DNA from: an uncultured delta proteobacterium
GTDB taxonomy: Bacteria; Desulfobacterota; Desulfuromonadia; Desulfuromonadales; BM103
Assembly: GCA_963715335.1 (NCBI GenBank)
Contig: CAVQRZ010000006.1
Coordinates: 64,001-128,000, forward strand
DNA length: 64,000 nt
Direction: 5' to 3'
Position numbers and translations under genes: made by a program. This document shows, piece by piece, positions 1 to 10,385 of the stretch (its first letter is position 1; each line of letters starts with the position of its first letter). Under the pieces are notes generated by a model. That model was not told where the DNA came from. It ran no database searches and was given only the letters and a program-made list of their open reading frames with translations.

Positions 1-538
1 CTGCTTTTTCCGCAGCGATCCCTGACAGGGTCTCGCCAAGGTGCTCAGTGTGGTCGTAGCTGATCGGGGTCAATATGCACAGCTGAGGTTCGACTATATT
101 GGTTGCATCGAGCCGGCCACCAAGGCCTGTTTCGATGACGGCGACATCAACCCTTTGCTCACGAAAAGCCAGCAGGGCCATGGCCGTGGTCGCCTCGAAG
201 AAGGTAATCGGAACGTCACCGGCGGCAAGTCGAATCCGTTCTGCGAGCAGCGCGACTTCATCCCGGCAGACCGGCACGCCGTCGATACGGATGCGTTCGG
301 TAAAACAGTGCAGGTGCGGTGACGTGTAGAGACCCACCCGCAAGCCGGCATGTTTGAGAATCTCTGCCAGCATGACGCTGACAGAACCCTTGCCGTTGGT
401 GCCGGCGACATGGATGCAGGGCAACGGCCTCTGCAATAGAGGCAGACGACTTTTTAGGGCCCGCATGTTCTCCAGGCCAAGTTTGATGCCAAAACGCTGC
501 AGCCCATACAGGTAATCGAGGCTGGTCGAAAAGTTCAC
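1..538 (-). CDS. folC: Folylpolyglutamate synthase/dihydrofolate synthase (5' part; runs off window start)
   Basis: Not in the ORF track. Manual translation from GTG at 538 gives MNFSTSLDYLYGLQRFGIKLGLENM...IHVAGTNGKGS...GGRLDATN...TPISYDHTEHLGETLSGIAAEKA. Directly downstream of accD. Confidence 0.95.
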   Translation of the reverse strand, partial: MNFSTSLDYLYGLQRFGIKLGLENMRALKSRLPLLQRPLPCIHVAGTNGKGSVSVMLAEILKHAGLRVGLYTSPHLHCFTERIRIDGVPVCRDEVALLAERIRLAAGDVPITFFEATTAMALLAFREQRVDVAVIETGLGGRLDATNIVEPQLCILTPISYDHTEHLGETLSGIAAEKA

Positions 539-541
539 AGG

Positions 542-1405
542 CTAGGAGACAGCCGCCTGCTTGGTGAAAACGCGCAGGATCTGGGATAGCTTGGCCTTCA
601 TCTCCTGCCGGGAAATGATCATATCGACCATGCCGTGCTCCAGAAGATATTCGGAACGCTGGAATCCTTCCGGGAGCTTCTGCCGGATCGTCTGCTCGAT
701 AACCCTGGGCCCGGCGAAACCGATCAGGGCCTTCGGTTCTGCAATATTGAGATCCCCGAGCATGGCGAAGCTGGCAGTCACCCCGCCGGTTGTCGGATCA
801 GTCAAGACCGAGATAAAGGGGATCCCCGCCTTCTTCAGTTTGGCCAGGGCAGCACTGCTTTTGGCCATCTGCATCAGAGAAAGGATGCTCTCCTGCATCC
901 GGGCCCCGCCGGAAGAAGAGAAGACCAGAACCGGCGCCTTTTTTTCGAGGCCGAGCTCAATGGCCCGGGTAATCTTCTCGCCGACAACGGAACCCATACT
1001 GCCGCCAAGGAAACCAAAATCAAAGACCGCGACAACGACTTCCTGGTCATTCATCAGACCGGAACCGGTGACAACCGCATCGCCACCGCCGCTCTTTTTG
1101 AGCGCAGCCTTGATCCGGTCGCTGTATTTCTTGGAGTCCTTGAACTTCAGGAAGTCAACCGAGACCATATTGGGATCAGTCTCAACAAAAGTTCCTTCAT
1201 CGATAACCAGCGAGATTCTTTCCCTGGCACTGATGCGAAAGTGATAATCGCACTTGGGGCACACGTTCAGATTGCGTTCGATCTCCTTGGAGTAGATGAT
1301 CTCCTCACAATTCTTGCATTTCGTCCAAAGGCCCTCGGGCATCTGGACCTTCTTCGTTTCCAGTTGCGCTGAAATCGGCGCTTTTGATTTTTTAAACCAG
1401 GCCAT
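542..1405 (-). CDS. accD: Acetyl-CoA carboxylase carboxyltransferase beta subunit
   Basis: LWTKCKNC...VCPKCDYH zinc finger, [31 protein letters not shown]. Confidence 0.98.
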   Translation of the reverse strand: MAWFKKSKAPISAQLETKKVQMPEGLWTKCKNCEEIIYSKEIERNLNVCPKCDYHFRISARERISLVIDEGTFVETDPNMVSVDFLKFKDSKKYSDRIKAALKKSGGGDAVVTGSGLMNDQEVVVAVFDFGFLGGSMGSVVGEKITRAIELGLEKKAPVLVFSSSGGARMQESILSLMQMAKSSAALAKLKKAGIPFISVLTDPTTGGVTASFAMLGDLNIAEPKALIGFAGPRVIEQTIRQKLPEGFQRSEYLLEHGMVDMIISRQEMKAKLSQILRVFTKQAAVS

Positions 1406-1740
1406 AATCTACCTCGCGATCATTCGGTGCGGAGTTCAAAAAACGAACCGTTCATTGCTACCCAGGATCTGGAGCCTCAATCTGCTGGATTCCAGTGCTC
1501 TACTTATCTTTTCGGGATATTGCGGCTGCATTTGAAATATTCTGACCGGTACATCCGGTTTGTCCAGCTAGTCCGGCTCTTTTGCCAGTAACGTCGGCGG
1601 CTGGAGCCACGTTTCCGCAGCGAGGAGCTCCTCACCCAGTCCTCAATCAGTAGGCAGCGGGTTGATCCGGTATGCATGAACCAGGACAACCTGAGCCCAT
1701 GCTCTGCGCGGATTGCTAGCAATCCGCCTTTGCCAGAGAA

Positions 1741-2532
1741 TCAGATCGCCTTTTTCAGTGCCTTGGCAAAAGCCCCAACGGCAGCCAGAAGATCCGGGGA
1801 AGAACTCTTTTCCGCTATTAATTTTACCAGAGCACTTCCGACGACAACAGCGTCGGCGATTCCGGCAACGGCCCCGGCATCTTCCGGTGTCGAGATACCG
1901 AACCCAACCGCGACCGGGACCGGGCTTTGCTCTTTCAACTCTCTGACCGAAGCAGCGATTGCGTCTGCATCCACCTGTTTGCTCCCCGTGACGCCAGTCA
2001 TCGAAACGTAGTACAGAAAGCCCTCTCCTGCCGCGGCAAGCTGCGCGCTGCGCGCTGCACCGGTTGTCGGAGCCAGGAGCGTAATCAGGTCGATGCCCGC
2101 GGCCTTGAGCAACGGGTGCAATTCACCGGCCTCTTCCGGCGGCAGGTCAACCAGGAGCAGGCCGTCGACGCCGGCGGCCGCCGCATCCCGTGCGAACAGG
2201 TCAGCTCCGTAGCAGAACACAGGGTTATAATAGCCCATCAGGATAATCGGGACGTTGCTGTGCTGACGGATCCTGGCCACCATCTTGATCACCCCGCGCA
2301 AGGTAGTCCCGGACCCGAGCGCCCGCTCCGAAGCAAGCTGGATCGTCGGCCCATCGGCCATCGGATCGGAGAAAGGGAATCCCAGTTCGATCAGGTCCAC
2401 GCCCGATTCAATGAGCGTGTGGACGATCTTCTCGCTGGTGTCCAGATCCGGATCGCCCGCAGTAATAAAGGTCACAAGGGCTTTTTTGCCCTGTCCCTTC
2501 AGGGCGTTCATTGTCGCTGATATGTTTGACAT
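1741..2532 (-). CDS. trpA: Tryptophan synthase alpha chain
   Basis: IELGFPFSDPMADGPTIQ, MTGVTG, VGFGIS, VVVGSA. Confidence 0.98.
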   Translation of the reverse strand: MSNISATMNALKGQGKKALVTFITAGDPDLDTSEKIVHTLIESGVDLIELGFPFSDPMADGPTIQLASERALGSGTTLRGVIKMVARIRQHSNVPIILMGYYNPVFCYGADLFARDAAAAGVDGLLLVDLPPEEAGELHPLLKAAGIDLITLLAPTTGAARSAQLAAAGEGFLYYVSMTGVTGSKQVDADAIAASVRELKEQSPVPVAVGFGISTPEDAGAVAGIADAVVVGSALVKLIAEKSSSPDLLAAVGAFAKALKKAI

Positions 2533-2584
2533 GGAGGTATTGGCTTCCCGAAAGGTTGATTTTATCGAATCAAACCAAAGGATA

Positions 2585-3265
2585 TCAACCGTTTTCTCCT
2601 CTGGCCAGGGTTTTGACCCGCTCGAGCAGGTCGAGAAACATCTCGTTGTTCATGCGGCCGGTCTGCACGTTGTAGCGGCTGGTATGGTAGCAGCCGACCA
2701 GCCACAACCCATTCGCCAAGCGGTGGACTGCGGCATGGCCGAACGGGACATCAGACAAGCGGCTGATCCGCCCCTGCGCCTGGAAAAGTCGCAGCAAACT
2801 GTTATGTGCTCCATGCCCGAGGCTGATGATCACGCGGAGATTGTGCAGGGCTTCCAATTCCTCGACAAGATACGGTCGGCAATTTGAAAACTCGTCGGCA
2901 TTCGGCCGGTTCTCTGGCGGCAGACACTTCACCGCATTGGTAATATAGAGGTCGTGCAATTCCAGACCGTCATCGACAGCGGTCGCGTCGGGCTGGTTGG
3001 CAAACCCGGCCTGATGCAGAAGCGGGTACATGAAGATGCCTGCGCCGTCTCCGGTGAACGGCCGACCAGTGCGATTCGCGCCGTGCGCCCCCGGCGCCAG
3101 GCCTACCAGGCAGATCCGCGCCTGTAGATCGCCGAAACCGTTGACCGGGGCATTGTGGTAATCGTCCCTCAGGCGGCCCTTGCTCGGCGGCAATTGCCCA
3201 ACAAAGTCCGCAAGCCGCGTGCAGCGTGTGCAGCCCTGCAGACCATTGAGATCAATCCTTGCCAT
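2585..3265 (-). CDS. Uracil-DNA glycosylase, family 5 (UdgB-like, Fe-S)
   Basis: CTRCTRL, GLAPGAHGANRTGRPFTGD, NAVKCLPPENRP, YHTSRYN. Start reassigned to ATG at 3265, next to the rhlB stop. Confidence 0.9.
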   Translation of the reverse strand: MARIDLNGLQGCTRCTRLADFVGQLPPSKGRLRDDYHNAPVNGFGDLQARICLVGLAPGAHGANRTGRPFTGDGAGIFMYPLLHQAGFANQPDATAVDDGLELHDLYITNAVKCLPPENRPNADEFSNCRPYLVEELEALHNLRVIISLGHGAHNSLLRLFQAQGRISRLSDVPFGHAAVHRLANGLWLVGCYHTSRYNVQTGRMNNEMFLDLLERVKTLARGENG

Positions 3266-3266
3266 T

Positions 3267-4535
3267 TCAGCTGCTACTATTCGGGCGGGGCTTGCCACCG
3301 GGCCGACGTCGCCTGGGCGGCTTGGGTTTGCCGGCAACGGCCCGCTTTTCGTGAGGCGGCTTTTTCTTGTGCGGCACCCCCCGTTTGTAATCGTGACAGA
3401 GGTCTTCATCGTGCGGAACAGCACTCGGGATTTTCTTGCCGATGTACTCTTCGATGTCAGGCAGAAAATAGGCAAGATCTTCATCGGCAAAGCTGACCGA
3501 CTTGCCCCTGGCTCCCGCCCGCGCGGTTCGACCGATGCGATGTACATAGTCCTCGGCATCCTGGGGAAGATCGTAATTGACCACGTGCGTCACATTCTCG
3601 ACATGCAGACCGCGCGAAGCGACATCGGTTGCAACCAGAAAATTCAGTTTGCCGGCCTTGAAATCTTCAATGATGCGCAGGCGCTTCTTCTGGACAATGT
3701 CACCGGAGAGATAAGCCACCTTGTAATCATTCATCTGCAGGCGGCCGGCGAGGTGCTCCCCTTCCCTCTTGGTGTTGACAAAGACCATGACCCTGACATC
3801 TTCAGTCTCTTTCTTCAGAAGCCCCAGCAGCAGCGGGAACTTCTCCCGTCTCGATACGTGGTAAACGATCTGTTCAACCAGTTCGGCAGTGACCTGCTTC
3901 GGTTCTATGCTGACTTTTTCAGCGAGATTCATGAACTCATAGGCCAGCTCCATGACCCGCTGCGAAAGCGTCGCGGAGAAGAGCATCGTCTGACGTTTTT
4001 CAAAAGGGGGTAATTTGCGCAGGATATAACGCAAATCCCGGATGAAGCCCATGTCGAACATCCGGTCGGCTTCGTCAATCACCAGGGCTTCAACATGTTT
4101 CAGGGTAAAGATGTTCTGCTTGACGTAGTCAATCAGGCGTCCGGGTGTGGCGACAATGACATCCACACCGGTCTGCAATGCCCGACGCTGCTTCTCGTAG
4201 TCAACGCCGCCAAAGATCGCCTGCACCTTGAAGGGACAGTGGGCCCCGAGCCCGTCTGCGTCGGTACATATCTGCACGACCAGTTCCCTGGTCGGCGCGA
4301 TAATCAGGGCGCGAGGAGCACCTTTTGCGGATGGCGGGTTTTTCAGCAGACGGGTGAACAGCGTGATCAGGAATGCAGCGGTCTTGCCGGTGCCGGTCTG
4401 GGCCTGTGCAGCGACATCGTGGCCCGACAGCCCCAGCGGGATAGACTCTTCCTGCACGGGGGTTAAGTCAACAAAGCCGACCGCTTCGATGCCGTGCATG
4501 ACCTCTGCGGGCAGATCAAGTTCAGTAAATTTCAT
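3267..4535 (-). CDS. rhlB: DEAD-box RNA helicase (RhlB-like)
   Basis: AQTGTGKT, PTRELV, DEADRMFDMGF, SAT, HRIGRTAR, basic C-terminal tail. Confidence 0.85.
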   Translation of the reverse strand: MKFTELDLPAEVMHGIEAVGFVDLTPVQEESIPLGLSGHDVAAQAQTGTGKTAAFLITLFTRLLKNPPSAKGAPRALIIAPTRELVVQICTDADGLGAHCPFKVQAIFGGVDYEKQRRALQTGVDVIVATPGRLIDYVKQNIFTLKHVEALVIDEADRMFDMGFIRDLRYILRKLPPFEKRQTMLFSATLSQRVMELAYEFMNLAEKVSIEPKQVTAELVEQIVYHVSRREKFPLLLGLLKKETEDVRVMVFVNTKREGEHLAGRLQMNDYKVAYLSGDIVQKKRLRIIEDFKAGKLNFLVATDVASRGLHVENVTHVVNYDLPQDAEDYVHRIGRTARAGARGKSVSFADEDLAYFLPDIEEYIGKKIPSAVPHDEDLCHDYKRGVPHKKKPPHEKRAVAGKPKPPRRRRPGGKPRPNSSS

Positions 4536-4615
4536 TTGCTATGACGACAGGCGTGGCTGCTAACGTTGAAAGCGTATTCTTTCAACCTTTTCGTGCCGCG
4601 CAATGCGTCCCTTGG

Positions 4616-5812
4616 TTAAAGTTCAAAACCCATGGCTTCAGCGACAGTATGGATATCCTTGTCACCGCGCCCGGACAGGCAAACGAGGATGACGGCGTCA
4701 GTCGGAAGCTCCGGGGCAAGTTTGTGAAGATGTGCGATCGCATGGGCGCTTTCAAGTGCCGGGATAATGCCTTCCATCTCCGTAAGCATACGGAATGCGG
4801 CCAGCGCCTCGTCATCGGTTACCGATACGTATTCCGCCCTCCCGATATCTTTGAGATGCGCATGTTCGGGGCCGACACCCGGATAGTCCAGGCCGGCTGA
4901 CACGGAATGGGCATGCTGGATCTGACCGTCAGCATCCTGCAGCAAGTAAGTTTTGTTGCCATGCAGGACGCCTACCTTGCCGGCAGAGATGCTGGCTGCA
5001 TGCTTGCCCGTCGCAACGCCTAGGCCGGCGGCCTCGACCCCGACCAGGCGGACTGTCGGGTCATCAACGAAGGGGTGGAAAAGCCCCATGGCATTTGAGC
5101 CGCCGCCGATACAGGCGACAGCGACGTCGGGCAGGCGCCCTTCCGCTTCCAGAATCTGGCCCTTCGCTTCCTGGCCGATGACCGCCTGGAAGTCACGGAC
5201 CATCTGCGGGTAGGGATGCGGGCCGGCGACCGTGCCGATCACGTAAAAAGTGTCCCGCACGTGTGTGACCCAGTACCGCAGTGCCTCGTTCATTGCATCC
5301 TTGAGGGTTGCTGTGCCGCTGGTCACATCGTGGACGCGTGCACCGAGCAGCTTCATGCGAAAGACATTCAGCGCCTGGCGCCTGATATCTTCGGTTCCCA
5401 TGAAAACGTCGCACTGCATGCCGAACAGCGCAGCAACGGTCGCCGTCGCCACCCCATGTTGTCCGGCACCGGTCTCGGCAATCACCTTGCGCTTGCCCAT
5501 ACGCCGGGCCAGCAGGATCTGACCGACGGTATTGTTGACCTTGTGGGCACCGGTGTGGTTGAGATCCTCACGCTTGAGGTAAATCCTGGCCCCGCCCAGG
5601 TGCTCGGTCAGCCTCTGGGCGAAATACAACGGGCTTGGTCTGCCAACGTAATTCTTGAGGTAAGCCTCGAACTCGGCCCGGAAGGACGGATCGGTCTGGC
5701 ACTGTTTGTAGCTCGCCTCCAATTCCAGCAGCGCCGGCATCAGAGTTTCAGCAACATAACGGCCGCCAAACTGGCCGAAATGCCCACGGGGATCGGGCTG
5801 TTGGTATTTCAC
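4616..5812 (-). CDS. trpB: Tryptophan synthase beta chain (TrpB1)
   Basis: [47 protein letters not shown]. Confidence 0.98.
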   Translation of the reverse strand: MKYQQPDPRGHFGQFGGRYVAETLMPALLELEASYKQCQTDPSFRAEFEAYLKNYVGRPSPLYFAQRLTEHLGGARIYLKREDLNHTGAHKVNNTVGQILLARRMGKRKVIAETGAGQHGVATATVAALFGMQCDVFMGTEDIRRQALNVFRMKLLGARVHDVTSGTATLKDAMNEALRYWVTHVRDTFYVIGTVAGPHPYPQMVRDFQAVIGQEAKGQILEAEGRLPDVAVACIGGGSNAMGLFHPFVDDPTVRLVGVEAAGLGVATGKHAASISAGKVGVLHGNKTYLLQDADGQIQHAHSVSAGLDYPGVGPEHAHLKDIGRAEYVSVTDDEALAAFRMLTEMEGIIPALESAHAIAHLHKLAPELPTDAVILVCLSGRGDKDIHTVAEAMGFEL

Positions 5813-6441
5813 TTGAAGGACTCCCTGGCCATGCGGATGAACATGGCCACCTTTTCCGGGTCTTTCTGCCCGGGATTCTTCTCTACCCCGCTGGAGACAT
5901 CGACACCATAGGGGTGAACCTGGCGGACAGCCTCCGCAACATTTTCCGGATTAAGTCCACCGGCCAGGATAACCCGGTGTCGTGCGGCAACCGCCGCCGC
6001 TCGGACCCAGTCACAACGCTGCCCGGTGCCGCCTGGTTTGTCCGGCACGTAGGCATCGAGCAACAGCGCCGAAACCTGGTAAGCGGAGAAGACGCTGTCG
6101 TCCATCTCCCGCCTGAGCCGCAACGCCTTGATCACCCGGCAGGGCGGATAGGCACACTGGTCCGGTTCTTCCCCACCATGTAGTTGTACCGTATCTAGGC
6201 CACAGAACTCTATCATCTCGCGGATCCTGGCTGGCGGCTCATCAACAAACAGCCCGACGGCCGTGACCATGGGCGGCAGCTCGGCAATGATCCTTCGGAC
6301 CTGGTCCGGGTCGACGAAACGCGGGCTGCCCGGATAGAAGACGAATCCGAGCGCATCGGCACCGCAGGCCGCTGCGTGGCGAGCGTCTTCGATATTGGTA
6401 ATGCCGCAGATTTTCACCCGCGGCACTCCGTAACCTGCCAT
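5809..6441 (-). CDS. trpF: Phosphoribosylanthranilate isomerase
   Basis: [33 protein letters not shown]. Confidence 0.97.
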   Translation of the reverse strand: MAGYGVPRVKICGITNIEDARHAAACGADALGFVFYPGSPRFVDPDQVRRIIAELPPMVTAVGLFVDEPPARIREMIEFCGLDTVQLHGGEEPDQCAYPPCRVIKALRLRREMDDSVFSAYQVSALLLDAYVPDKPGGTGQRCDWVRAAAVAARHRVILAGGLNPENVAEAVRQVHPYGVDVSSGVEKNPGQKDPEKVAMFIRMARESFK

Positions 6442-6444
6442 CAA

Positions 6445-7797
6445 TCAACCAACTTTCGGTAAATGCGAGAGCGATTCCTTGATCGCTGCCTCAGGATATT
6501 CATAGTCCTGGAGCTCATTGTTGAAATAGGCGTCATAAGCGGCCATATCGACATGACCATGCCCCGAAAGGTTGAAGAGGATGGTTTTCTCCTTGCCTTC
6601 TTCCTTGGCCAGCAGAGCCTCGTCGATAGCGCCGCGAATGGCGTGAGACGACTCGGGGGCCGGGATGATCGACTCGGTGCGTGCGAACAGGACAGCGGCT
6701 TCGAAACAGGCAATCTGGTGGGCCGCCCGGGTTTCGACAACACCTTCGTGGACGAGTTGCGACACGAGCGGCGCAGCGCCGTGGTAGCGCAGGCCGCCGG
6801 CATGAATGCCGGGAGGCATAAAATCGTGGCCGAGAGTATACATGCGGGAAATCGGTGCCATCTTTGCCGTATCGCCATAATCGAACTCATACACACCCTT
6901 GGTCAGCGTCGGGCAGCTGGCCGGCTCCACCGCCAGGAGACGAACGTCCTTGCCATTGGCCTTGTCGGAAACAAACGGAAACGCAATGCCGGCGAAGTTG
7001 GAGCCGCCGCCGTGGCAACCGATCACCACGTCTGGGTAAGCGCCTGCGATCTTGAGCTGCTCTTTCGCCTCAAGACCGATAATTGTCTGGTGCAGGCAAA
7101 CGTGGTTGAGAACGCTGCCGAGAGAGTAGCGGGTGTCCTCATGGGTCGCGGCATCCTCCACTGCTTCACTGATTGCGATCCCCAGAGACCCCTGGTTGTC
7201 TGGATCGTCGGCAAGGATCGCCCGACCGGCATTGGTGCGGTCCGAAGGGGACGGGAAGACTTCTGCTCCCCACAGCTGCATCATGCTTTTGCGGTAAGGC
7301 TTCTGGCCATAGGAGACCTTGACCATATAGACCGTACACTCGAGGCCGAAGTGCTGGCAGGCCATCGCGATTGACGAGCCCCACTGCCCCGCGCCGGTTT
7401 CGGAAGCAATCCGCTTGGTCCCGGCGATCTTGTTGTAGTAGGCCTGCGGGACAGCGGTATTCGGTTTGTGAGAACCGGCCGGAGAGACGCCTTCGTACTT
7501 GTAGTATATCTTGGCCGGCGTCCCAAGAGCTTTTTCCAGTTGGTGCGCCCGGTACAGGGGAGACGGCCGCCACTGCTTGTAAACCTCCAGGATCTCTTCC
7601 GGGATATCAATCCAGCGCTGCTGGGAGACCTCCTGCTCAATGAGGCCCATCGGGAAGAGCGGCAACAGGTCATCCGGGGTGACCGGCTGCAAGGTTCCCG
7701 GATGAAGCACCGGAGCCATCTGCCCTGGCATGTCGGGGATGATATTGTACCACTGTCGGGGCATCTGGTCTTCGTTGAGAAGGATTTTAGTCTGCAT
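6445..7797 (-). CDS. trpB2: TrpB-like PLP enzyme (tryptophan synthase beta type 2)
   Basis: [41 protein letters not shown]; 450 aa is typical of TrpB2. Confidence 0.95.
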   Translation of the reverse strand: MQTKILLNEDQMPRQWYNIIPDMPGQMAPVLHPGTLQPVTPDDLLPLFPMGLIEQEVSQQRWIDIPEEILEVYKQWRPSPLYRAHQLEKALGTPAKIYYKYEGVSPAGSHKPNTAVPQAYYNKIAGTKRIASETGAGQWGSSIAMACQHFGLECTVYMVKVSYGQKPYRKSMMQLWGAEVFPSPSDRTNAGRAILADDPDNQGSLGIAISEAVEDAATHEDTRYSLGSVLNHVCLHQTIIGLEAKEQLKIAGAYPDVVIGCHGGGSNFAGIAFPFVSDKANGKDVRLLAVEPASCPTLTKGVYEFDYGDTAKMAPISRMYTLGHDFMPPGIHAGGLRYHGAAPLVSQLVHEGVVETRAAHQIACFEAAVLFARTESIIPAPESSHAIRGAIDEALLAKEEGKEKTILFNLSGHGHVDMAAYDAYFNNELQDYEYPEAAIKESLSHLPKVG

Positions 7798-7843
7798 GAG
7801 ATATCTCCTTGACGTTGGTGTTATCGTACAATGTCGTTACGAC

Positions 7844-8638
7844 TCAGTCTGTTTGGCCTTGCAGCTCTCTCAATTTGGCGCCGATATCGTCTTCGCGCAT
7901 CAACGCTTCACCGACCAGGAACCCCCTGGCACCGGCCTGCTGCAGGCGCTTGACATCAGCGCGGCAGGCAATGCCGCTTTCGGCGACCACAAAATGACCG
8001 GCAGGGATCAGTGGCAACAGCCGCTCCGTGGTGGCCAGGTCGGTTTCAAAGGTCTGCAGATTGCGATTGTTGATGCCGACCAGCTCGCAGCCGGTCTCGA
8101 GGACCATCAGCAACTCAGCCTCGTCATGCACTTCCATCAGGACGTCGAGATGCAGTTCCTTCGCCAGTGCATTGTACTCTGCAAGCTGTCCTGCATCAAG
8201 CATGGCGGCAATCAGCAGGATGGCATCGGCACCGGCTGCCCGCGCTTCGTAAATCTGGTACGGATCACAGATGAAGTCCTTGCGCAACAGCGGCAGGTTG
8301 ACAACTTCACGGATTTTGCCGAGATACTGCAGGTGTCCCATGAAGAAGTGCTCGTCGGTCAGGACCGACAGGCAGGTCGCGCCATTGTCCTGGTAGATCT
8401 CAGCAATCGCCAGGGGGTCGAAATCCTCGCGGATCACCCCCTTGCTCGGCGAACCCTTCTTGACTTCGGCGATCACTGCCGTCCAGCCCGATTCGGCAGT
8501 GGCTCTCAGGGCGCGCAGAAATCCTCTGGGCTGGTCTTCCCGTTCACCGATGCCTCTTTGCAGAGAATCGAGGGAACGGCGTTGCTTCGCCAGGGCAACT
8601 TCACGGAGCTTGTGCTCGGCAATCTTATCGAGAATCAT
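7844..8638 (-). CDS. trpC: Indole-3-glycerol phosphate synthase
   Basis: IAEVKKGSPSKG, LSVLTD, LRKDF, GINNRNL, AESGI. Confidence 0.98.
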   Translation of the reverse strand: MILDKIAEHKLREVALAKQRRSLDSLQRGIGEREDQPRGFLRALRATAESGWTAVIAEVKKGSPSKGVIREDFDPLAIAEIYQDNGATCLSVLTDEHFFMGHLQYLGKIREVVNLPLLRKDFICDPYQIYEARAAGADAILLIAAMLDAGQLAEYNALAKELHLDVLMEVHDEAELLMVLETGCELVGINNRNLQTFETDLATTERLLPLIPAGHFVVAESGIACRADVKRLQQAGARGFLVGEALMREDDIGAKLRELQGQTD

Positions 8639-8664
8639 AGCAGTATAAAATCTCGCCGTAGCGA

Positions 8665-9714
8665 TCAGGCGTTGGTCATGTCGACCAGGCTGTCTAGCCG
8701 GGCCATGGCCAGGCCGTCATCGATCGCGGCCCGGGCCTTTTCGAGCCCCGTCTCGACGTCTTTGATCAGACCGGAAGCAAGCAAGGCATAGGCTGCGTTC
8801 AAAAGGACAACGTCCCGTTTCGGACCGGGCTTGCCGCCCAGGACATCCTTGACAATCTCGGCATTTGCAGCAGCATCACCGCCCTGCAGGTCGACAAGAG
8901 CGCAACGGCGGAGGCCGAAATCTTCCGGTTCAATCGTCGAAAGGGTCACGCTGCCGTCGCAGATTTCACCGATCCGCGTCGGTCCGGTCAGAGTCACTTC
9001 ATCCATACCATCCAGGCCATGGACGACAAAACCACGCTGGCAGCCGAGCTTGACCAGAACTCTGGCCATAACATCCACCAACTTCTCGTCATAAACGCCA
9101 AGGACCTGGCGGTCGGCACCTGCAGGGTTGGTCAGGGGACCTAGAATATTGAAAACTGTCCGGATGCCGATTTCTCGGCGCGGGCCGATCGCATGCTTCA
9201 TCGCGCCATGCAGAGCCGGGGCAAACAGGAAACCGACACCGATCTCTTTGATGCATGACTCGACCTGTTGCGGGGTCACGTTCAGGTTGACGCCGAGAGC
9301 CTCGAGGACATCGGCGCTGCCGCAGGCTGACGAGATGCTGCGGTTGCCGTGTTTGGCCACCTTGACGCCACAGGCGGAGACGACAAAGGCAACCGTCGTC
9401 GAAATGTTGAAGCTCCTGGTCCCGCTGCCACCCGTACCGCAGGTATCAAGGATTGTCTCGCGGTCCAGATTGATCTCTTCACGGTCAATGTCCAGGGCCT
9501 TGCCAACCCGAATTGGTGTCGCATGATCGCGCATGACCCGGGCCGCCCCGGCAATCTCATCGATCGTCTCGCCTTTCATGCGCAGTGCGGTAATGAACGA
9601 ACCGACCTGGGCCGGAGTCGCCTCGCCGCCCATGATCTGGTTCATTACCTCGATCATCTCGGTTTCGCTCAGATCCTGTCCGACCACAACCTTGCCAATC
9701 GCTTCCTTGATCAT
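8665..9714 (-). CDS. trpD: Anthranilate phosphoribosyltransferase
   Basis: [39 protein letters not shown]. Confidence 0.98.
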   Translation of the reverse strand: MIKEAIGKVVVGQDLSETEMIEVMNQIMGGEATPAQVGSFITALRMKGETIDEIAGAARVMRDHATPIRVGKALDIDREEINLDRETILDTCGTGGSGTRSFNISTTVAFVVSACGVKVAKHGNRSISSACGSADVLEALGVNLNVTPQQVESCIKEIGVGFLFAPALHGAMKHAIGPRREIGIRTVFNILGPLTNPAGADRQVLGVYDEKLVDVMARVLVKLGCQRGFVVHGLDGMDEVTLTGPTRIGEICDGSVTLSTIEPEDFGLRRCALVDLQGGDAAANAEIVKDVLGGKPGPKRDVVLLNAAYALLASGLIKDVETGLEKARAAIDDGLAMARLDSLVDMTNA

Positions 9715-9734
9715 TTCTGCTCCTGAGAACTCAA

Positions 9735-9812
9735 GGTATCCAGTATCCAGGATTCAGAATGCAGAATTCGGAGGAAACCATGTTGATTCTGAATACTGAG
9801 TACTGGATTCTG
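9735..9812. repeat. Degenerate heptamer tandem repeats arranged as an inverted pair (trpG-trpD spacer)
   Basis: GTATCCA-GTATCCA-GGATTCA-GAATGCA-GAATTCG ... TGATTCT-GAATACT-GAGTACT-GGATTCT. The two arms are near reverse complements. Confidence 0.75.
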
Positions 9813-9814
9813 CC

Positions 9815-10384
9815 TTACTTTGTCATCCCGAGAAAATTCCGCAAGATGTCCATGCCGGCCACTGTCAATATCGACTCCGGGTGAAACTGCATACCCCAGA
9901 TGGCCAGTTCGTGGTGGCGCAGGCCCATGATCTCCCCCTCGTTTGTCCAGGCCGTAATTTCCAGGCATTCCGGGAAAGAACTTCTTTCGATCAGCAGGGA
10001 ATGGTAGCGGGTCGCGTCAAACGGGTTGGGCAGGCCTTCAAACAGCTCGCGATTGTCATGAAAAATCGGACTGGTCTTGCCGTGCATGAGTCGCTCTGCA
10101 CGAACGATCCGGCCGCCGAAAGCCTGGCCGATCGATTGGTGGCCAAGACAGACGCCGAGGATCGGCAGCTTGCCGGCAAAATACCTGATAGCGTCAACAG
10201 ACACTCCTGCCTCGTTCGGGGTACACGGGCCGGGCGAAATGACCAGGCGTTGAGGCTGGAGGGCTTCAATCTCGGCCAGGCTGATCTTGTCGTTGCGGTA
10301 AACAACGACTTCCTCACCCAGCTCGCGCAGATATTGCACAAGGTTGTAGGTAAAGGAATCATAATTATCGATCATCAACAGCAT
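9815..10384 (-). CDS. trpG: Anthranilate synthase component II (glutamine amidotransferase)
   Basis: [29 protein letters not shown]. Confidence 0.96.
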   Translation of the reverse strand: MLLMIDNYDSFTYNLVQYLRELGEEVVVYRNDKISLAEIEALQPQRLVISPGPCTPNEAGVSVDAIRYFAGKLPILGVCLGHQSIGQAFGGRIVRAERLMHGKTSPIFHDNRELFEGLPNPFDATRYHSLLIERSSFPECLEITAWTNEGEIMGLRHHELAIWGMQFHPESILTVAGMDILRNFLGMTK

Positions 10385-10385
10385 T

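Noticed and set aside
3266..3559. N-terminal 97-aa extension of the UDG ORF in the track
   Set aside because: Overlaps the rhlB C-terminus in another frame. Homology begins at MARIDLNGLQGCTRC (3265).
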